DNA from: an uncultured Nitrospiraceae bacterium | GTDB taxonomy: Bacteria > Nitrospirota > Thermodesulfovibrionia > Thermodesulfovibrionales > Dissulfurispiraceae | NCBI GenBank assembly: GCA_963705105.1 | Contig: CAVPIW010000006.1 | Location: 1,024,001 to 1,088,000 of the forward strand | Direction of reading: 5' to 3' | DNA: 64,000 bases | In this document: positions 58,628-64,000 of the stretch, piece after piece | Layout: each line of letters begins with the position of its first letter | Position numbering within the stretch: position 1 is the stretch's first letter | The notes under the pieces: generated by a model | Seen by the model: only the letters and a program-made list of their open reading frames with translations | Database searches by the model: none | Told to the model about the DNA's origin: nothing | Program-made: the position numbers and the translations under genes

Positions 58628-60148
58628 ATGAAAAGAGTTTTTCCGCCGTCATTCTACAATATGACAACCCTTTCCGGTTCCGCGATCGCAGTGCTGAGCC
58701 TCATGATCATCTTCTTCCTCATGCTCCTCGAGACCTTCGCCGGCCACCAGAAACCATACATGGGCATCATCGCCTTCGTCATCATGCCGGCATTCCTCAT
58801 CCTCGGACTCCTGCTCATCGCCGTCGGCATCGTGCGTGAGCACCGGCGGGAGGTGCGGGAGGGAGACAGGGAACCTCACCTGCCCCGGATTAACCTGAAC
58901 GACCCCCGTCACCGGAAGGCATTCATCGTCTTTTCCGTCAGCAGCGTTCTCCTCCTTGCATTCACCGCCTTCGGGAGTTTCAAGGCCTATGAATATACCG
59001 ATTCAGACCAGTTCTGCGGGCAGATGTGTCACAAGGTCATGGGACCGGAATTCACCGCCTACTCATTCTCACCGCACGCCCAGGTCGGCTGCGTCCAGTG
59101 CCATATCGGTCCCGGCGCCGACTGGTTCGTCCGGTCCAAGATATCGGGGTCATACCAGATGTATGCAACCCTCATGAACAAGTACCCCCGGCCGATCCCC
59201 GCACCCATCGAAAACCTGCGCCCCGCCCAGGACACCTGTGAACAGTGCCACTGGCCGAGGCACTTTTACAGCGAAAAACTTCAGCAGAACACCTACTATG
59301 TCTCCGACAAGAACAATACGAAGTGGTCGCTCCGTCTCCTCATCAAGATCGGCGGCGGCAACATCGAGGTCGGACCGACGTCAGGGATCCACTGGCACAT
59401 GAACATAGCCAACGAGATCACCTACGGGGCGAAAGACCCCAAGAGGATGGTCATCCCCTGGGTCAAAGTGAAGAGAAGTGACGGGACGGAGCGGGTCTAC
59501 CGCAGCTCCGACGTAAAAGCGAGCGAGGAGGAGATCACCAAGGGGCCGAAGCGGCGCATGGACTGCATCGATTGCCACAACCGCCCCACCCACATCTACC
59601 ATCCCGCGGCCCGTTCGGTCAATCACCTCATGTCCCTCGGCTGGATCGACCCGGAACTCCCCTTCATCAAAAAAGTCTCCATCGAGGCCCTCGAGGCCCC
59701 CTATGAATCGACCAATGCGGGTCTCAGCGGGATTAAACGCGCTGTCGAGGAATTCTACGGTAAGGAGTACCCGGACCTGGCCGTCCGCAAGAAAGAGCAA
59801 ATCCAGAGGGCCGTCTCCGAGCTGCAGACGATATACAGCCGCAATTATTTTCCCTACATGAAAGTGGACTGGAAGAGATTCCCGAACCATATCGGTCATC
59901 TCTATTCTCCGGGATGTTTCCGCTGTCATGACGGAAAGCATGTGAGCGACGACGGAAAGGTTCTCTCGACGGACTGCAACGTCTGCCACACCATCATGGC
60001 CCAGCAGTTTCCGGGAGAAGAGGCACAGTTCTCCCGGACCGGTCTCGATTACCGCCACCCTGTCGACATCGGCAAAGCCTGGATGGACAGGAAGTGTTCG
60101 GACTGTCATGGCGGGGCTCCCTTGACAGCAAAAAAAGAGATCCATTAA
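58628..60148 (+). CDS. Membrane-anchored multiheme cytochrome c (NapC/NirT-like N-terminus)
   Basis: 3 TM helices; CGQMCH (CX3CH), CVQCH, CEQCH, CIDCH, CFRCH, CNVCH, CSDCH. Confidence 0.88.
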   Translation: MKRVFPPSFYNMTTLSGSAIAVLSLMIIFFLMLLETFAGHQKPYMGIIAFVIMPAFLILGLLLIAVGIVREHRREVREGDREPHLPRINLNDPRHRKAFIVFSVSSVLLLAFTAFGSFKAYEYTDSDQFCGQMCHKVMGPEFTAYSFSPHAQVGCVQCHIGPGADWFVRSKISGSYQMYATLMNKYPRPIPAPIENLRPAQDTCEQCHWPRHFYSEKLQQNTYYVSDKNNTKWSLRLLIKIGGGNIEVGPTSGIHWHMNIANEITYGAKDPKRMVIPWVKVKRSDGTERVYRSSDVKASEEEITKGPKRRMDCIDCHNRPTHIYHPAARSVNHLMSLGWIDPELPFIKKVSIEALEAPYESTNAGLSGIKRAVEEFYGKEYPDLAVRKKEQIQRAVSELQTIYSRNYFPYMKVDWKRFPNHIGHLYSPGCFRCHDGKHVSDDGKVLSTDCNVCHTIMAQQFPGEEAQFSRTGLDYRHPVDIGKAWMDRKCSDCHGGAPLTAKKEIH

Positions 60149-60159
60149 ATTATAAAGTT

Positions 60160-60903
60160 ATGCGCAGACCACTTATTGCCGCAAATTGGAAGATGCACAA
60201 AACGGCCGGTGAAACGAAGGATTTCATCGGGGAATTCCTGCCTCTTGTGCGGGATGCCCGTGATGTCGATATCGTCATAGCGCCGCCCTTTACGTCTCTC
60301 CCGGCTGCGTCGGCAATGCTGAAGGACACACCCGTCCATCTCTGCGCCCAGGACGTCTTCTCCGAGGACAAGGGCGCTTATACGGGTGAGATTTCGCCGC
60401 TCATGCTGACGGACCTCGGCTGTACATTCGTCATCATCGGCCATTCCGAGAGGCGCCAGTACTTCCACGAGACGGACCAGTCCGCCAACAGGAAGATCGG
60501 CGCGTCGCGGAACCACAATCTCCGGGTCATCCTCTGCATCGGCGAACTCCTGGAAGAGCGGGAGGCAGGCAGGACATACGACGTCCTCAGGAGGCAACTC
60601 GACGAGGGGTTGACCGGAATCTCACTGGACGGCATCGTCATTGCCTATGAGCCGGTCTGGGCGATCGGCACGGGCAAAACAGCGACGACTGACCAGGCCC
60701 AGGAAGCGCACCGTTTCATCCGGGACCATCTCGCCGCTCACTACGGCGAGACGGCAGCAGAAGTACGCGTACTGTACGGAGGAAGTGTCACACCCGACAA
60801 TATATCGTCGCTCATGAGCTGCGCCGATGTGGACGGCGCTCTCGTCGGTGGAGCGAGCCTGAAGGCCGACAGCTTCTCCCGGATCGTCAGATTCGGCAAA
60901 TGA
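60160..60903 (+). CDS. tpiA: Triosephosphate isomerase
   Basis: ANWKM, GHSERR, AYEPVWAIGTG, LVGGASL. Confidence 0.98.
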   Translation: MRRPLIAANWKMHKTAGETKDFIGEFLPLVRDARDVDIVIAPPFTSLPAASAMLKDTPVHLCAQDVFSEDKGAYTGEISPLMLTDLGCTFVIIGHSERRQYFHETDQSANRKIGASRNHNLRVILCIGELLEEREAGRTYDVLRRQLDEGLTGISLDGIVIAYEPVWAIGTGKTATTDQAQEAHRFIRDHLAAHYGETAAEVRVLYGGSVTPDNISSLMSCADVDGALVGGASLKADSFSRIVRFGK

Positions 60904-60942
60904 CGCCGGCCAGCCTATCAAGACAGTAACAAGGAGGCTTTT

Positions 60943-61305
60943 GTGGCTCAAATCATTCTCATGGTTCTGCATGTGCTTGCATGCCTGTTCCTCATCCTCA
61001 TCGTCCTGCTTCAGAGCGGAAAGGGCGCGGAAATGGGCGCCGCCTTCGGCGGATCGAGCCAGACCCTTTTCGGCAGCAGGGGAGCGGCGACCTTCCTCAA
61101 CAAACTGACGACCGTCGCCGCCGTCGTGTTCATGCTCACCTCCCTCACCCTTGCCATGATCACAAGCAAGGGGAGTTCCGTTATCCAGCAGGTACCGGTT
61201 GAACAGGCCGTACCCCAGAAAACACCTCAGCAGGTGCCGCTCCAGCCCCAGCAGACGGCGCCACAGGCACCCCAGCAGGCGCCGCAGCAACCGCCGGGCA
61301 AATAA
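60943..61305 (+). CDS. secG: Preprotein translocase SecG
   Basis: VLLQSGKGAEMGAAFGG; follows tpiA. Confidence 0.95.
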   Translation: MAQIILMVLHVLACLFLILIVLLQSGKGAEMGAAFGGSSQTLFGSRGAATFLNKLTTVAAVVFMLTSLTLAMITSKGSSVIQQVPVEQAVPQKTPQQVPLQPQQTAPQAPQQAPQQPPGK

Positions 61306-61506
61306 ACTTATCGTTGCATATGCGTTGCGGAAAGGCGGGGCTGGGGTGAATGCGCTGAAAACCTTGCTGCGGCAACACCTGTATCGTCACAATAGACAGC
61401 GTTTCAGAACGATATCTGAAAAAATGAGCCTTTCCCCTGACACTCACACTGTCACTGACACTAATTTTAGAGGCGCTTCACCCCGCCTTTTCATACAACG
61501 ACAAGG
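61306..61506 (-). mobile_element. MITE copy
   Basis: acttatcgttgca...ccccgccttttcatacaacgacaagg. Confidence 0.8.
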
Positions 61507-61546
61507 TAATCCGTTGCTGAAACGGGAAGTCGATAAGGAGGGCGAC

Positions 61547-63187
61547 GTGAGGAATTCACCGGCGCCCTTCGCCATTTTTTCCCCCCGCCGTTCTGCATCC
61601 CGTGCCCCCATTCCCGTGTTGCTCCTCCTCCTGCTCGCATTGACAGGGGGGTGCGCTCGGGAGCCCGAGGTCAAATATCCCGATACGATCACTATCGGGT
61701 TTCTGGCCGACGCGAAGCGTCTCCTCCCCCTGCTCGCCTCGGACAGCGCATCCGGTGAGATCAGCGGTCAGATCTTCCAGGGGCTCACGAAATATGACAG
61801 GGACATCAGGATCACCGGCGAGCTCGCCGAGTCCTGGGACATCAGTCCTGACGGACTCGCCATCACCTTTCATCTCCGCCGGGGCGTGAAATGGCACGAC
61901 GGTGAAGAATTCACCGCCGACGACGTTCTGTTTACCTACGAGACAGTGACGAACCCGAAGATTCCCACTCCATACAGCAGCAACTACGGGCCCGTCGACA
62001 GGGTCGAAGCCGTCGACCGTTATACGGTCCGCGTCAGGTACCAGAAGCCCTATGCCCCGGCCCTTGAATCGTGGGGCATGGGTATACTGCCGAAGCACGT
62101 CCTCGCGGGGAAAGATATCACGTCTCCCGAGATCAACCGGAACCCCGTCGGCACAGGGCCATACCGCCTGAAGGAATGGGTGACAGGCCAGAAAATCGTC
62201 CTCGACGCCTCTGAGGATTATTACGAGGGGAGACCCGGGGTAAACCGCTTTCTCGCGAGGATCATCCCCGATACGGCAACGATGTTCCTCGAGCTGAAAT
62301 TCGGGGGAATCGATTTCATGGGCATCACTCCTCCTCAATACAAGCTCCAGGCCCAGACGGACTTCTTCAACCGTTACTTTCAGAAATTCCGTTACCCATC
62401 CTTCGGATACACGTATCTCGGGTACAACCTCCTCAATCCCCTCTTCGCGGACCGCCGGGTGCGCCAGGCCCTCGCGCACGGGATCAACAAGCGCGAGCTC
62501 ATCGCCGGCGTTCTCCTCGGATACGGCATGCCCTGCACGGGGCCGTTCCCGCCCGAATCCTGGGCCTTCAACCCGAACGTCAAGGATCACGGGTACAACC
62601 CCGAAAGGGCACTGGAACTCCTCGCCGAGGCGGGATGGACGAAAAATGCGGCCGGCCGTCTCGAAAAAAACGGCAGGCCCCTTGCCTTCACGGTCCTGGT
62701 CAACCAGGGGAACGAGGCAAGAATGAAGTCGGCGCAGATCATCAAGGAACAGCTCCGGAGGATCGGCATCGACATGACGATCAAGGTGCTCGAGTGGCAG
62801 GCCCTCCTGCACGAGTTCATCAACAAGAGGCGCTTCGAGGCGGTGATTATGGGATGGGCGCTCTCGCGGGACCCCGATATCCATGACATATGGCACTCCT
62901 CAAAGACGAAAGAGGGAGAATTCAACTTCATCTCCTACAGGAACGACGAGGTCGACAGGCTCCTCATAGAGGGGCGGGAGACCTTCGACATCGAAAAAAG
63001 GAGGAGGATCTATCACCGGATCCACGAAATCCTCGCTGAAGATCAGCCCTGCACGTTCCTGTACGTGCCCGACGCCCTCCCCGTGCTCCACAAGCGCTTC
63101 AAGGGTGTCGAGAAGGCGCCCATCGGGATCTGGCACGACTTTGTCCGCTGGCATGTGCCGAAGAGCAGGGCTGAATGGTACCAGTGA
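61547..63187 (+). CDS. ABC peptide-binding lipoprotein (SBP family 5)
   Basis: GTG after AAGGAGG; lipobox-like LTGGC; LAESW, GVKWHDG, PVGTGPY. Confidence 0.9.
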   Translation: MRNSPAPFAIFSPRRSASRAPIPVLLLLLLALTGGCAREPEVKYPDTITIGFLADAKRLLPLLASDSASGEISGQIFQGLTKYDRDIRITGELAESWDISPDGLAITFHLRRGVKWHDGEEFTADDVLFTYETVTNPKIPTPYSSNYGPVDRVEAVDRYTVRVRYQKPYAPALESWGMGILPKHVLAGKDITSPEINRNPVGTGPYRLKEWVTGQKIVLDASEDYYEGRPGVNRFLARIIPDTATMFLELKFGGIDFMGITPPQYKLQAQTDFFNRYFQKFRYPSFGYTYLGYNLLNPLFADRRVRQALAHGINKRELIAGVLLGYGMPCTGPFPPESWAFNPNVKDHGYNPERALELLAEAGWTKNAAGRLEKNGRPLAFTVLVNQGNEARMKSAQIIKEQLRRIGIDMTIKVLEWQALLHEFINKRRFEAVIMGWALSRDPDIHDIWHSSKTKEGEFNFISYRNDEVDRLLIEGRETFDIEKRRRIYHRIHEILAEDQPCTFLYVPDALPVLHKRFKGVEKAPIGIWHDFVRWHVPKSRAEWYQ

Positions 63188-63232
63188 AACGACGGGGCAC
63201 TGTCCGCCCCTCGAACCCTCCTGCCTGATGCC

Positions 63233-64000
63233 ATGGCGGTTGAACGGGATAAAGACGTGACGGAGACACCGGACTCCTCCGCAAAGGAGCGGGAATTTAC
63301 GGCGCTATGGGATGCCCTGTCTGAAAGCGAGGAAAGACTCCGCACATTTTCCCGGGTTTCTCTCGAAGGCATCGCCCTTCTTGACGCCGGAAAGATCGTC
63401 GATTCGAACGAGGCACTTGCAACCCTTTTCGGGTGTGTCCACGGCAACGTAACGGGCAGACCGGTCACCGATTTTATTGCCGCCGAGCATCGCGGCCCGT
63501 TCATGAAATATCTGGAGTCGGCGCGTGAACAGCCCTACGAAGCCCTGTGCCTGCGGGAAAACGGGGCGACCTTTGCTGCTGAAATCAGAATAATGAACAT
63601 CCCGCTCCGCGGCAGACCGGTCAAGGCCGCTGTAATACGCGACATCTCCAGGCGCAAGGCGACCGAGGAGGCGCTGCGCCGTTCGGAAGAGCAATACCGC
63701 CTCCTTTTCGAGAACAACCCTCACCCCATGATGGTCTACAATGTCGAGACGCTCGCCTTCATCTCCGTCAACGACGCAGCGGTGAACCTTTACGGCTACT
63801 CAAGGGATGAGTTTTTATCGCTCACCGTCAAGGACATCCGGCCGCCCGAGGATGTGCCCGCACTGCTCAGGCATCTCTCCCGGAGGAACCCATCCTTCCA
63901 GAAATCCGGGGAGTGGCGCCATCGCAAAAAGGACGGGGCGATCATCCATGTCGAAGTGAGCGCCCACGACCTCACCTTCATGGGGAGCCCGGCCAGGTTC
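63233..64000 (+). CDS. PAS-domain sensor protein, runs off the window end
   Basis: ALSESEERLR.., RRSEEQYRLLFENNPHPM, VNDAAVNLYGYSRDEFL, WRHRKKDG. Confidence 0.8.
   Translation, partial: MAVERDKDVTETPDSSAKEREFTALWDALSESEERLRTFSRVSLEGIALLDAGKIVDSNEALATLFGCVHGNVTGRPVTDFIAAEHRGPFMKYLESAREQPYEALCLRENGATFAAEIRIMNIPLRGRPVKAAVIRDISRRKATEEALRRSEEQYRLLFENNPHPMMVYNVETLAFISVNDAAVNLYGYSRDEFLSLTVKDIRPPEDVPALLRHLSRRNPSFQKSGEWRHRKKDGAIIHVEVSAHDLTFMGSPARF

Noticed and set aside
61306..61546. tRNA-Leu often found after secG
   Set aside because: No cloverleaf or T-loop motif; the space is occupied by a MITE.

Overview
A roughly 60% GC bacterial chromosome segment. Gene content and order suggest an anaerobic Nitrospirota/Desulfobacterota-like organism (inference only). 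Housekeeping genes: pgpH-like HD, ybeY, dgkA-PAP2, carB, plsX-fabH, rfbB-rfbD, thrS-infC-rpmI-rplT-pheS-pheT, lysS-lolE-lolD, tpiA-secG. Other content: an amino-acid catabolic operon (Glu dehydrogenase, aldehyde dehydrogenase, frameshifted class-III aminotransferase, COG2403/ArcE-like P-loop enzyme), a two-subunit biotin-dependent carboxylase, a signalling cluster, a recently amplified 14-blade beta-propeller gene, two AT-rich toxin-antitoxin-like inserts, redox genes and a multiheme cytochrome. Main observations: (1) three histidine-kinase-like paralogs share a His->Asp H-box (AD[K/R]VRNPA), a new His in the N-box and an FGMGL G2 box; (2) a group IIC intron 3' remnant sits exactly in a broken attC core behind a TA module; (3) a modular MITE family with 13-bp TIR CCTTATCGTTGCA and 4-bp TSDs occupies most intergenic gaps, together with several other small repeat families; (4) thrS and infC both appear to start at non-canonical codons (ATC, ATA). 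No tRNA, rRNA or CRISPR array was seen. All product calls come from motif recognition by eye, not database searches.
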